Shown one piece after another: positions 47,307-56,786 of a DNA stretch of 64,000 bases (position 1 is the first letter of the stretch; each line of letters opens with the position of its first letter). The notes beneath the pieces are model-generated. The model did not search any database. It had not been told where the DNA came from and was given only the letters and a program-made list of their open reading frames with translations. The position numbers and the translations under genes are program-made. This DNA comes from Terriglobales bacterium (GTDB lineage: Bacteria > Acidobacteriota > Terriglobia > Terriglobales > Acidobacteriaceae): assembly GCA_038230455.1 (NCBI GenBank), contig JBBRNF010000007.1:160293-224292 (forward strand). Reading direction: 5' to 3'.

Positions 47307-48584
47307 ATGATTCACCCGTCTCATCCCATATCTTGCGCTAAACGCGCCATAGTGCGGAGCCTCAGAATAACGGCCACCCTGCTCGTTTTCGCTGGCCCCT
47401 TTGCATTCGGTTCTGCCGCCCAGCAGCCTCTGATCGCCGCTTCCGCAGGCCTTCCCGAAGCCCCAAGTGCCCTCCTGTTTCCGCAAGCCGCTTCGCAACA
47501 GGCTCTCGCTCCGCAAACAGCCCAGAAGCTCGCTCCCGGCAGCGTCTCCGGCACTGTCTCCGATGCCGGGGCCGGCCTTGTTCCCCACGCCCAAGTCCAG
47601 CTCCTTCACGGCGGCCACGGAGAACCCCGGGTCACCACCTCGGATGCCGACGGCCGCTTCGCCTTTACCGGCGTCGGCCCCGGTTCTTACCGCATCGTCA
47701 TCACCGCCCCAGGCCTGCAGCCCTTCGAGTCCGCCCCGATCGTCCTTACCCCCGGCCAGGCCTACGAACTGCCTGCGACCGCCCTGGTCGTCGCCTCCAC
47801 CAGCACCACCGTCGATGTCGTCGAAACCCGGTCCCAAGTCGCAGACGCCGAAGTCAAGCTTGAAACCCAGCAGCGCGTCCTCGGCATCGTCCCTAACTTC
47901 TACACCAGCTTTTTGTGGGACGCCGCTCCGCTCAACGTCCGTCAGAAGGGCAAGCTCGCCCTGGTGACCGTGGTCGACCCCGTCACCCTCATGCTCACCG
48001 CCGGCTTCTCCGGCGCACAGTACGTTCACAACAGCTATCCCGAGTACGGAGACGGTCCCGAAGGCTATGGCAAACGATTCGGTGCCAACTACGCCGACCA
48101 GGTTCTCTCCCGCGGCCTCAGCTCTTTCCTCTTCCCCTCCGTCTTCCGGCAGGACCCCCGCTACTTCTACATGGGTCCGAACCGCAGCTTCGCTCTTCGA
48201 CTGCGCCACGCTCTGCTGGCCGGCGTCGTCACCAAGGGCAACAATGGCAAATGGCAACCCAACTTCGCCAGCGTTGCCGGACACGCCTCTGCGGGCGCCA
48301 TCTCCACCATCTATCGCCCATCCACCAATACCGTGCAGGACCTCGTCGGCCTGAACGTCGTCGTGGGCATTGTCGGCACCGGCATCCAGGGCCTGTTCCG
48401 CGAGTTCGTCTGGCCCAGCTTCACACCCAAGGTTCCCAACTACGTCATCAAGGGCAAACCCCCCGTCGCCCCGGAACCCGCAACCACGACCCCTGCTCCT
48501 GCCAACCCGACTGCCATGCCTGCACCTGCACCCGCAAACCCTGCACCCACGCCGGCCCCGTCCTCATCCAATCCAATGCTGTAG
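47307..48584 (+). CDS. Secreted protein with CarboxypepD_reg-like domain and uncharacterised C-terminal domain
   Basis: CAGGAG RBS precedes the start. SGTVSDAGAGLVPHAQVQLL...TTSDADGRFAFTGVGPGSYRIVITAPG is a carboxypeptidase-regulatory-like beta-sandwich. The C-terminal tail is Pro/Ala-rich. Confidence 0.6.
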   Translation: MIHPSHPISCAKRAIVRSLRITATLLVFAGPFAFGSAAQQPLIAASAGLPEAPSALLFPQAASQQALAPQTAQKLAPGSVSGTVSDAGAGLVPHAQVQLLHGGHGEPRVTTSDADGRFAFTGVGPGSYRIVITAPGLQPFESAPIVLTPGQAYELPATALVVASTSTTVDVVETRSQVADAEVKLETQQRVLGIVPNFYTSFLWDAAPLNVRQKGKLALVTVVDPVTLMLTAGFSGAQYVHNSYPEYGDGPEGYGKRFGANYADQVLSRGLSSFLFPSVFRQDPRYFYMGPNRSFALRLRHALLAGVVTKGNNGKWQPNFASVAGHASAGAISTIYRPSTNTVQDLVGLNVVVGIVGTGIQGLFREFVWPSFTPKVPNYVIKGKPPVAPEPATTTPAPANPTAMPAPAPANPAPTPAPSSSNPML

Positions 48585-48657
48585 CATTACGTAGCGATGT
48601 CCTCATCCCAGGCAATCCCGGTGCTCCCCTCCCGCACGGCTCCCCGCCGTGACTTTG

Positions 48658-48705
48658 CCTAGCTGCGCCCAATCCTAGCTGCGACCATTCCTAGCTGCGA
48701 CCCTC
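48658..48705. repeat. Three tandem 16-bp repeats (CCTAGCTGCGMCCNNY)
   Basis: cctagctgcgcccaat / cctagctgcgaccatt / cctagctgcgaccctc, ending 61 nt upstream of the prfA start. Confidence 0.9.
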
Positions 48706-48766
48706 GGCCTTCTTCCCCAACTTGCTATTTCAAGTCTCTATTCTCCAGCCCTCCCAAGGAGGAGCG

Positions 48767-49840
48767 ATGTTTGATCGCCTCGAACAACTCGAACAGCGTT
48801 ACGAAGAGCTCTCCCGACAGCTCTCCGACCCCGCCATCGTCAACGACCAGGAGAACTACCGCAAGGTCTCCAAGCAGCACCGCGACCTCGAAGATACCGT
48901 TGAAAAGTTCCGCCAGTACCGCGCCATCAAGACCGGCATCGCCGACGCTCGCACCATGCTCGCCGAGTCCGACGCCGATATTCGCGGCATGGCCGAAGAA
49001 GAGCTCGCCCAACTCGAGCCTCGCCTCACGACGGTCGAAGAAGAGATCAAGATCCTCCTGCTGCCCAAGGATCCCAACGACGACAAGAACATCATTATCG
49101 AGCTCCGCGCCGGCACCGGCGGCGACGAGGCCTCGCTCTTCGTCGCTGAAATGTTCCGCCTCTACCTGCGCTTCGCCGAGCAGCATCGCTGGAAGGTCGA
49201 AGTCCTCTCCCAGACCGACTCCGACGTCGGCGGCCTCAAGGACATTACCGCCATCTTCGAAGGCAACAAGGTCTACTCCCAGATGAAGTATGAGTCCGGC
49301 GTCCACCGCGTGCAGCGCGTCCCGGCCACCGAAACGCAAGGCCGCGTCCACACGTCCGCGATCACCGTCGCCGTGCTCCCCGAAGCCGAGGAAGTCGACA
49401 TCAAGATCGAAAACAAAGACCTCCGCGTCGACACCTTCTGCTCCTCCGGCCCGGGCGGACAATCGGTCAACACTACCTACTCAGCCATCCGCATCACCCA
49501 CCTGCCCACCAACACGGTGGTTAGCTGCCAGGACGAAAAATCGCAGATCAAGAACCGCGAAAAGGCCATGCGTGTCCTCCGCGCGCGCCTTTATGAAGTC
49601 GAGGCCGAGCGCGTCCACCAGATCCAGGCAAAAGAGCGCAAGCAACAGGTTGGCACCGGCGACCGCTCGGAAAAAATCCGCACCTACAACTTCCCCCAGA
49701 ACCGCCTCACCGACCACCGGATCGGCCTCACCAACCACAACCTCGCCATGGTGATGGAAGGGCTGCTCCAACCGACGGTCGACGCGCTGATCGCCTATTA
49801 CACCGCCGAGCGAATGAAGGGCGAGCCCGCAAACGCCTGA
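48767..49840 (+). CDS. prfA: Peptide chain release factor 1
   Basis: AAGGAGGAG RBS; [15 protein letters not shown]; PAT tripeptide ([13 protein letters not shown]) specific for RF1; GGQ motif ([11 protein letters not shown]). Confidence 0.95.
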   Translation: MFDRLEQLEQRYEELSRQLSDPAIVNDQENYRKVSKQHRDLEDTVEKFRQYRAIKTGIADARTMLAESDADIRGMAEEELAQLEPRLTTVEEEIKILLLPKDPNDDKNIIIELRAGTGGDEASLFVAEMFRLYLRFAEQHRWKVEVLSQTDSDVGGLKDITAIFEGNKVYSQMKYESGVHRVQRVPATETQGRVHTSAITVAVLPEAEEVDIKIENKDLRVDTFCSSGPGGQSVNTTYSAIRITHLPTNTVVSCQDEKSQIKNREKAMRVLRARLYEVEAERVHQIQAKERKQQVGTGDRSEKIRTYNFPQNRLTDHRIGLTNHNLAMVMEGLLQPTVDALIAYYTAERMKGEPANA

Positions 49841-49982
49841 ATACCGTCGTCTGCGAAGCCATGTTTCACCCCGTGCAACCATTTCGACGCGGTACCTTTT
49901 CTGTTCTCCGACCCCCTCGGACAACAGCGGTACCGGCAAGGCCGTCACACCTTGTAGCGCTAACCCGCCAACGAGGTACGTC

Positions 49983-50471
49983 ATGACAAACATGTCTATT
50001 TTTGCTGTAGCGCTTTTGACCTTCGCCTTCGCGTCCACGGCATGCACCGCGGCTGCGGCGCAACAGACCTACCCGCAGCAGCAACAAGGCTATCCGCGAC
50101 AACAGCAGGGCTACCCCCAACAACAGGGCTATCCCCAGCAGCAACGCGGGTACGACCAGGATCGCGACAATAACGGCCGTTGGGATGCGCCTCCCAACGA
50201 TTTCGACGAGCTGAACCGCCGTGCTTTCCACGATGGCATAGACGCCGCCCGCTTCGATGCCCAGAGCAGACGCCACATGGATTTCGATGACGCCCAGAAC
50301 TACCGCCATCCGCCCGCCCCGCGCAACCAGCGCAATCAATACCGGGCTTCGTTTGCGCGCGGCTACCAGGTCGCCCAGCGCCGGATGGAGTGGATGCAGT
50401 CCCACGGCGGGGATCCATGGAATCACGACCATGATCACTGGAACGACAACTATCCGAACCGGCCTCGCTGA
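49983..50471 (+). CDS. Secreted hypothetical protein with QQGYP repeats
   Basis: Signal peptide MTNMSIFAVALLTFAFASTACTAAAAQ and a repetitive YPQQQQGYPRQQQGYPQQQGYPQQQRGY segment, followed by a strong terminator. Confidence 0.55.
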   Translation: MTNMSIFAVALLTFAFASTACTAAAAQQTYPQQQQGYPRQQQGYPQQQGYPQQQRGYDQDRDNNGRWDAPPNDFDELNRRAFHDGIDAARFDAQSRRHMDFDDAQNYRHPPAPRNQRNQYRASFARGYQVAQRRMEWMQSHGGDPWNHDHDHWNDNYPNRPR

Positions 50472-50497
50472 TCGTTGCAGCTTGCACGCTTTTGAAG

Positions 50498-50523
50498 AAG
50501 AGCCCCCCGGGGGGCTCTTTTCC
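50498..50523 (+). terminator. Rho-independent terminator
   Basis: AAGAGCCCCCC/GGGGGGCTCTT GC-rich hairpin followed by TTTTCC, 27 nt after the stop at 50471. Confidence 0.8.
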
Positions 50524-50725
50524 AGGTTGCCGCTGCCTGTTCCACCCGAGTGGCAGACGGGCTTCAGCCCGCGGAAAACTGTCCCCAGGGGAGCGGATCT
50601 AGCCCCGTCAGGCTGCATCTCTCAGGCTCTACGACCGCCACTGTCCCGCATCTTGATTGCGGCCCAAATCGCCGAGGCTCCTACCCAGGGCCCACCTCGG
50701 TCACGCCCTATCAAGACTGGACGAC

Positions 50726-51568
50726 CTAGTTCATCCACCGCTTGTCGTCAAAATTCCGCGGCTCCCGCGGCTTGCCGTCGGGGTCCACATACCGTCCGCT
50801 GGCATCGATATTGACTTCCTTGCCTTGCTTCCGCATGTAGACCGTGAACTTCTTGGCGGCCCGGCGTCGCCGCGCGCGGTAGTAGGCGTTACGCGCCCCG
50901 AACCAGCCTTCCGACGCTGTGAAGCTCATCCCGCGCCGCGGAGCCATGCGGAGGTAAACATAACCGCTGAGAGCCACGCTGAGAGCCGTGATCGCGCTGA
51001 ACGGATCGTGCGAGAGCAGAGCGCTGCCAAGGTAGAACAACAGAAAGATTGCTACCAGGTGCTTGGCCTTAACCCGCAGCACGAAATACAACCGCATCTC
51101 CGCGTCAGGATTGCGGCGTGCAAATGCCAGCAAGAGCGCCAGCGACGCCGGCCACAGACCAAACACGGAGCTGTACGGCCGAACACCGGGAATATGCGCC
51201 ATGCTCAACAGCGAAGCCAACAGCGCTCCCCCCACGGTCGACGCCAGGTAATACTCCAGCAGCCACCGCCCCCCGCGTTCGTCTTCCAGAGAGGAACCCA
51301 GGAACCACACCGAGAGCAGAGCGAACGCTGTGCTCAGAAACTCCGGCGCGAGTAGGCCGTAGGTGACGACCTGCCACGGCATCCAGTGACCGAACGCCAG
51401 CGCGGGCGTAAGCACCAGCCCCATAGTCCCCAGGGGCGGCGCAGGCGAAAGCGCATCCGACAACTTGACCAAAAGGAAGGCCGCGGCTGCAATCAGCACG
51501 AGCAGGCGTGTGGTGCCGCGGAACGCCGGGAGCGACAGAAGGATTGGTCCGTTTGAACGCAAGGCCAT
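50726..51568 (-). CDS. Rhomboid-like polytopic membrane protein, apparently lacking the catalytic Ser/His motifs
   Basis: About 6 TM segments with overall rhomboid/DUF1751-like layout (WQVVTYGLL...WFLGSSLE...). No GxSG and no HxxxxHxxxN are visible. The C-terminal tail is basic. Start taken at the internal ATG at 51568 (MALRSNGPILL). Confidence 0.4.
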   Translation of the reverse strand: MALRSNGPILLSLPAFRGTTRLLVLIAAAAFLLVKLSDALSPAPPLGTMGLVLTPALAFGHWMPWQVVTYGLLAPEFLSTAFALLSVWFLGSSLEDERGGRWLLEYYLASTVGGALLASLLSMAHIPGVRPYSSVFGLWPASLALLLAFARRNPDAEMRLYFVLRVKAKHLVAIFLLFYLGSALLSHDPFSAITALSVALSGYVYLRMAPRRGMSFTASEGWFGARNAYYRARRRRAAKKFTVYMRKQGKEVNIDASGRYVDPDGKPREPRNFDDKRWMN

Positions 51569-51802
51569 AACGACCTCTATGGTATGCCTTCGCAGCGGGA
51601 GCCGCCGGGAAGGAAATGCGCCGAGGCCCAGCGGGCTATGCTGGCTTTCCGGCTCGCAGACGTAGAATAAGGATGGATGGGCGCACACTCCGGTCGTATT
51701 GACTTGAACGGCGTGCGCCGCTAGAACAATACCTAAGCTGCCCGGTTGCCCCCGGCGACATCTCAGCAAGGGCGCGTAACTTTTCTCGATGGAGAGTGTT
51801 TT

Positions 51803-52009
51803 ATGTCAGTAGTGTGCCCTGAGTGCGACAATCCGCTGGACATCGACGTCGACGACGTCGAAGAAGGCGAAACAGTCCAGTGCGACGAGTGTGGAAGCGA
51901 TCTAGAAGTGGTCTCCAGCGATCCGCTGGAACTGGCCGCCATAGATGCAGAAGGTTATGACGATGAAGATGATGCAGTTGCCGCCGATACCGAGGAAGAA
52001 GATGAATAG
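51803..52009 (+). CDS. LysW-like amino-group carrier protein (zinc ribbon + acidic tail ending in Glu)
   Basis: [48 protein letters not shown]...EEEDE follows the LysW/ArgW pattern CPxC-x(n)-CxxCGxxLEVVxxxPLxL with an acidic C-terminus ending in Glu. GGAGAG RBS is present. Confidence 0.6.
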   Translation: MSVVCPECDNPLDIDVDDVEEGETVQCDECGSDLEVVSSDPLELAAIDAEGYDDEDDAVAADTEEEDE

Positions 52010-52391
52010 CAGCCTGGCCGTGCTGGCCCAGCGCAGCGCACGTGCCTCAGCGCTCGCCTTGAGTCTTACACTGGCCTTCGGGGCCGTCTCCGTTACCGCC
52101 GTGCCACTTGTGGCGCAGCAGCGCGGGCCCGTTCACCGCGCCATCGACGGCCGCGTGCACGACAAGAATGACGCACCGCTCCGGGGGGCCGTCGTCTATC
52201 TCAAAGACAGCCGCACGCTCGCTGTCAAGAGCTTCATCTCGGACGACGAGGGCGCCTTCCACTTCGGCCAGCTCTCGCAAAACACCGACTACGAGGTCTA
52301 CGCTGAGTTCGAAGGCAAGCGCAGCAAGAGCAAAAACGTCAGTTCCTTCGATAGCAAAAACGATTTCAATTTCACGTTGAAGATTCTGTAG
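52002..52391 (+). CDS. Small secreted CarboxypepD_reg-like domain protein
   Basis: The start ATG overlaps the LysW-like stop (ATGAATAG). Signal-like N-terminus, then [22 protein letters not shown]...[22 protein letters not shown]. Confidence 0.6.
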   Translation: MNSSLAVLAQRSARASALALSLTLAFGAVSVTAVPLVAQQRGPVHRAIDGRVHDKNDAPLRGAVVYLKDSRTLAVKSFISDDEGAFHFGQLSQNTDYEVYAEFEGKRSKSKNVSSFDSKNDFNFTLKIL

Positions 52392-52702
52392 CAGGCGGCG
52401 GATCCCGCTTGTCAGGCAGGTTACCCACAACCTGCTGGAATGCATCGCCACTTCACCTCGCTAAACGGTCGAAGCGAAGGCCGCGGGCGGAGGTTGCCTG
52501 CCGGATGTAGGCCCCTAGTCTCTGAAGGCCGCCTGCTGGCTATTGGTCGAAGAGCCGAGCGAGGTGTTCGGGGATGAATCTAGCGTGCCGGAGAGCGACA
52601 CCCGTTAGCCAAGGTGAAAGTCACCTGTAGCCCCCTACCTCCGGGCCTCTCGAAAACGTGAGCCCGAAGAGCGCGTTTTGCAACCAAGATCTTCGTAGAT
52701 CC

Positions 52703-52740
52703 GGAAAGAAAAACGGGAACCGCCGAAGCGGTTCCCGTTT
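52703..52740 (-). terminator. Rho-independent terminator after the TonB-dependent receptor gene
   Basis: AAACGGGAACCGC-CGAA-GCGGTTCCCGTTT perfect 13-bp stem. On the minus strand it is followed by TTTTTCTTTCC. Confidence 0.85.
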
Positions 52741-52774
52741 GCTTGAAGCCCCGGCATCGCGCCGGAAGGGTTAG

Positions 52775-55700
52775 TTAGAAGACATATGCGACTTTGATGC
52801 GCAGTTGACGACCTGCCTGGAAGAGGTTGGGGTTTCCGTACAGATTCGAAACCGTACGACGGCCAACGGAGGTTGTGTTGTTGCTGGTCCCGATGTAATC
52901 CCAGCCTGTTTCCAAGGCCTTGAAGTCGGTACCGACAGGGTTCGCCGTAGAGATTGGGTAGGTTGCGCCGGTCAGGGGAATTTCGTTGTAGCCCATGACT
53001 GCGTGCTGCCCGAGCAGGTTGGAGACGTTGAGTTCGCCGCCAAACTTGCGGTTCTCGTGATCCTTGCTGACGTGAACATAGTGCGTCAGGTTGGAGTCTG
53101 TCTGGAAGTAAGCAGGTGTGCGGCGTCCTTTCTGGATGGCCCCAGCAGTGACTGAACCATCGGCTGCGCGAGTAATTGGCAACCAATTGCCTTGACCTTC
53201 TACGAACTGCACGGCAGAAGACGAGACAACGGGCCACGCCGTGGATACCGGCGTACCCTGGTAAGCGGCCTGCGAAAGACCAAGCTGAGTCTCCCCACCG
53301 AACCAGCGGACACGATAAGAACCGAATCCACCCACAGTGTTAGGACGGTCGGTCGGAAGGGGACCACCGAAATAGTTGCCGTGAGAGTCGAATTGCATGT
53401 GGGGCTGATCGAACGAGCGATTATTGTTGGGATTGTGGCGACCGCCGGCTCCATCTGTTGCAAATGTAGACGTAAGTCCCGGGTAGTTTCCTTGCAGGCG
53501 GCTATAGGTGTAGAAAGCGGTGAAGAAGAACTTGGTTCCGCCCATCTTCGTGATCCGGAATTCTAAACCGTCATAGTCACGTCGTGCCTTGGGCTGGTCG
53601 GGGCAGCTAGCGCAAAGAGGCTGCGTGTAGCCCTGACCGACCAGGGTGCGCTTCAGGAGATCGCCATAGCCAGGTCCAGGGTTTCCGATATAGAAGCCGA
53701 GGTTGTCGTTCACGCCGATGTCTTCGATAGTGTTTTCCAGGCGCTTGCGCGAATAACGAGCCGTGAAGGACAGAGTGGGTGTGGCGGCCCATTCCGAGCC
53801 AACGACGAATTCGTGTTGCGACATGGGCTTAACGTTGGGATCAACGCCCGGGTCTGCCGCGTTGATGACATTCTTGCGAAGGTCATTGTTCTCTATGAAG
53901 CGGTAAGAGGAAGCAACTCCAATGGCGGCACCGGTGACTGGGCAGGCGTGACCTTCGGAGTTGTTGCCGGGTACGAACGCGTTATAGTTCGGATCGTCGA
54001 GTGCATACACGCAATTGTGCCAATACTCTCCACCGAATGAGCCCTGTGGGAGCGAGTATTTGACGATGTCGAAGAACTTGCCGTAGCTGCCGTATAGCTT
54101 CAGCTTGCCGTTGTGAAGCACATCGTAGGCTGCGCCGATGCGTGGAGCCACTTTTTGCGAGAAGCCGAACCCAATGCTGGAGGCGCCGGGATTGTAAGGC
54201 GGCAGGTACTCCTTGTCGAAGCGGACGCCGGCGTTGATGGTAAGACCGGTATGCGCGATGCTCCACGAATCCTGACCGTAGAAGGCGGAGTTGGTGCCCT
54301 TCGCAGTACCACCCGTCGAGAAGTCGTATACATAGACATAACCGTAGTTACCACGGCAGTGGCCTAGTGCGGGGGAGCCGTACTTAGTTACATTGGCTTG
54401 AATGATAGCGTCGCAAGCAGTCGCGGACGTCTGCGGCGTATAGTCGACACCATATTCCTCGTAGACCAGAGCGGTGTTAGAGCCGCTATTCAGTTTTGCG
54501 TTGGTACCGTTCCAGGCATATCCGCCCTTGAAGTTGTGCGTTCCGAAGATTCCGGATGTCAGGTAGGAGATATCGGCTGAAAAACTCTTGCGCTGCAGGA
54601 TGTTGAACTTGGTTTGGGTGTTCGACGCGATGTTTGCGAAGTTCGACGCCTTCTGGTAAGCCGCCGGGACTGCGACACCGTCCAAACCGAGCACTGGCAC
54701 ACCAGTTCCGGAAACGGAACCGTTTTCGAAGAAGTCACGGACGCCGACGGGCTTGCCGCGATCTTGAGAGTCATTGTAGAGATACCCGTAACGGGCGGTG
54801 ACCAAGGTTTTGGAAGTAAGGGTGTAATCCGCACCGAACGCGTAAATGGCGGCGGGGCTCACCACACCAGAATCGGCGCGGAAGGTGGCTGGGTCAGTCG
54901 TTGAGCTGGAATTGAACTGTCCCAGTTTGCTGTCTGCACCGGGAAGGCTGTTTCCTGTAAGGCGGGTGTATAGATCTTCCCAGCTTGCAAACAAACGTAG
55001 TTTGCTGATTGGACCGTAATCGAAGCGGGCGAATCCATAGTGCTGGTCTTGATTCTGATAGAACTGGCGTGGACCAGGATTAGCGGCAGTGAAACTCACA
55101 TCGCGGCGCAGACGGTAGAACTCGGGGATGTAGCTCGCGAACATCCAGAGCTTGTCTTTGTAGAGGGGACCGCCGAGTGTAAAGCCGGGATTTACGATGC
55201 GGTAGTGATCCTGCTTGCCGACGTAATACCACGCCGCCTGGTCGGTCCGGGTCGATGAGCTTGCAACCGTCGCTGGATTTCTGCCTAGACCGCACGTGCT
55301 CGAAATGTTGCACTGATCTGTCGCGTTGAGTGCGCTTGAACGGTAATAGCCGAGGATCGACCCATGCCAGTTATTAGATCCTCTCTGCTGAATAACGTTG
55401 ATCACTCCGCCTAGGGCGCCGCCGTACTCAGCTTCAAAGGAAGAACTCTTTACTTGTACGTCTTGCACGAATTCGATCGGAACGTTGTAGCCCACTCCAC
55501 CGCCGACTATGCCTGTGATGTTGACGCCTTCTGAGCTGTAAACGTTCTCGGAATCAGACGCTCCGTCAATCTGGAAGCCACCAGTGCGATTGCCTGCAAG
55601 CACACTGCCGCTGAGAGATTGCAACGGCTCCTGGCGGGCGCCGGGGGCGAACGGGATCACGGACTGAAAGGAGCGACCCTTCGGAATTTCCTGAAGAACC

Positions 55701-56110
55701 TCGTTAGAGATAGTCGTCTCAACCTTGCTCTGGGTCACGTCTACTTGAGCTACGGCGCTGCTGACCTCGACCACAGTCATGGCACCTGGAGCAAGTGTAA
55801 AGTTCAAGTTGGGCAAATCACCCGCGGAAAGCCGAAGATCGTTAGCTTTAGCCGCCATGCCGGAACCCTGGACAGTTAAGCTATATGTGCCAGGAGGGAG
55901 GGCATTCAGACGGTAAAAGCCGCGTTTGTCGGTCGTCGCTTTGGCGGTTCCGATGAGCTTATCGCCAGTCGCTGTGACTGTCGCGCCGACGACCACAGCA
56001 CCCGTCGGATCCGTGATGATTCCCTGTACGGCGCCGGTTGTTTCCTGCGCTCGTCCCACCATTGCAATGCTCATCACAAGTGTGAGCATCAACAGCCATA
56101 GCTTCTTCAT
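52775..56110 (-). CDS. TonB-dependent receptor, Oar-like (N-terminal CarboxypepD_reg domain + plug + beta-barrel)
   Basis: GAGGAGAG RBS; signal peptide MKKLWLLMLTLVMSIAMVGRAQE; GAVQGIITDPTGAVVVGATVTATG...GFYRLNALPPGTYSL; a very long barrel ending in the aromatic terminus ...KVAYVF. Confidence 0.85.
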   Translation of the reverse strand: MKKLWLLMLTLVMSIAMVGRAQETTGAVQGIITDPTGAVVVGATVTATGDKLIGTAKATTDKRGFYRLNALPPGTYSLTVQGSGMAAKANDLRLSAGDLPNLNFTLAPGAMTVVEVSSAVAQVDVTQSKVETTISNEVLQEIPKGRSFQSVIPFAPGARQEPLQSLSGSVLAGNRTGGFQIDGASDSENVYSSEGVNITGIVGGGVGYNVPIEFVQDVQVKSSSFEAEYGGALGGVINVIQQRGSNNWHGSILGYYRSSALNATDQCNISSTCGLGRNPATVASSSTRTDQAAWYYVGKQDHYRIVNPGFTLGGPLYKDKLWMFASYIPEFYRLRRDVSFTAANPGPRQFYQNQDQHYGFARFDYGPISKLRLFASWEDLYTRLTGNSLPGADSKLGQFNSSSTTDPATFRADSGVVSPAAIYAFGADYTLTSKTLVTARYGYLYNDSQDRGKPVGVRDFFENGSVSGTGVPVLGLDGVAVPAAYQKASNFANIASNTQTKFNILQRKSFSADISYLTSGIFGTHNFKGGYAWNGTNAKLNSGSNTALVYEEYGVDYTPQTSATACDAIIQANVTKYGSPALGHCRGNYGYVYVYDFSTGGTAKGTNSAFYGQDSWSIAHTGLTINAGVRFDKEYLPPYNPGASSIGFGFSQKVAPRIGAAYDVLHNGKLKLYGSYGKFFDIVKYSLPQGSFGGEYWHNCVYALDDPNYNAFVPGNNSEGHACPVTGAAIGVASSYRFIENNDLRKNVINAADPGVDPNVKPMSQHEFVVGSEWAATPTLSFTARYSRKRLENTIEDIGVNDNLGFYIGNPGPGYGDLLKRTLVGQGYTQPLCASCPDQPKARRDYDGLEFRITKMGGTKFFFTAFYTYSRLQGNYPGLTSTFATDGAGGRHNPNNNRSFDQPHMQFDSHGNYFGGPLPTDRPNTVGGFGSYRVRWFGGETQLGLSQAAYQGTPVSTAWPVVSSSAVQFVEGQGNWLPITRAADGSVTAGAIQKGRRTPAYFQTDSNLTHYVHVSKDHENRKFGGELNVSNLLGQHAVMGYNEIPLTGATYPISTANPVGTDFKALETGWDYIGTSNNTTSVGRRTVSNLYGNPNLFQAGRQLRIKVAYVF

Positions 56111-56342
56111 GGACTCTCCTCGTACAAACTCAGACTCACCGGCAGGCACGGGAAGACACTCCCGAGCGTCTGCACGGCCAAAGATGTCCGGCTCCCGTGG
56201 GAGACGATTCATCAAGGTTTTACTTATTCGTTGTTGACAACACTGAGGCCTTCAACCCTGGGAGTCAAGGGAAAATTTTACGGACAATTCATTTCCCTCT
56301 TGAAATCACACGACCAAGACGTCAGCAACACCCCACCACGGT

Positions 56343-56684
56343 TCAGCAGGGTGTCCTGTCTGTATGCCCAGGAGGCGCGCTCACCACCAGAAACCGAACG
56401 TCCGCCCCGCCAATGTTGAGCGCCTGGTGCGGTGTCCCCGGAGCGATTTCCAGCCCGTGACCGGCGCGCAGCACGTAACTTGCTCCAGCGGCTTCGATCG
56501 TCAACTCGCCGGTCAGCACATAGAAGAACTGTCGCGAGCGTTCATGAAAATGGCGCTGCTCAGTCGCGCCCGGCGGCATCCGCTCCTCAATCACGCTCAG
56601 CCCCGGGGACCGCACCAGGTGCCAGCCGTCCGAAACCGCGCCCCAGATATAGTGCTCACCCGTCGCCACGCTCACAGCATCCAT
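56343..56684 (-). CDS. Cupin domain protein
   Basis: GATEQRHFHERSRQFFYVLTGELTIE...LEIAPGTPHQALN is a classic two-motif cupin barrel. Confidence 0.75.
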   Translation of the reverse strand: MDAVSVATGEHYIWGAVSDGWHLVRSPGLSVIEERMPPGATEQRHFHERSRQFFYVLTGELTIEAAGASYVLRAGHGLEIAPGTPHQALNIGGADVRFLVVSAPPGHTDRTPC

Positions 56685-56786
56685 CTCCGCACCTTATACG
56701 GATCTCGGGCCGGGGCGTAAGGCAAGATTGCGGTCGCGGAAGCTCCTCAAGCAAACAAACGGCGAATAGAATACAGAATAGCCGCG

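Noticed and set aside
52392-52702. 310-bp GC-rich spacer between the small CarboxypepD_reg gene and the TonB-receptor terminator, checked for tmRNA/RNase P/6S/riboswitch features
   Set aside because: None of the diagnostic conserved blocks could be recognised. A covariance-model scan (Rfam/Infernal) would be needed, so nothing is claimed.
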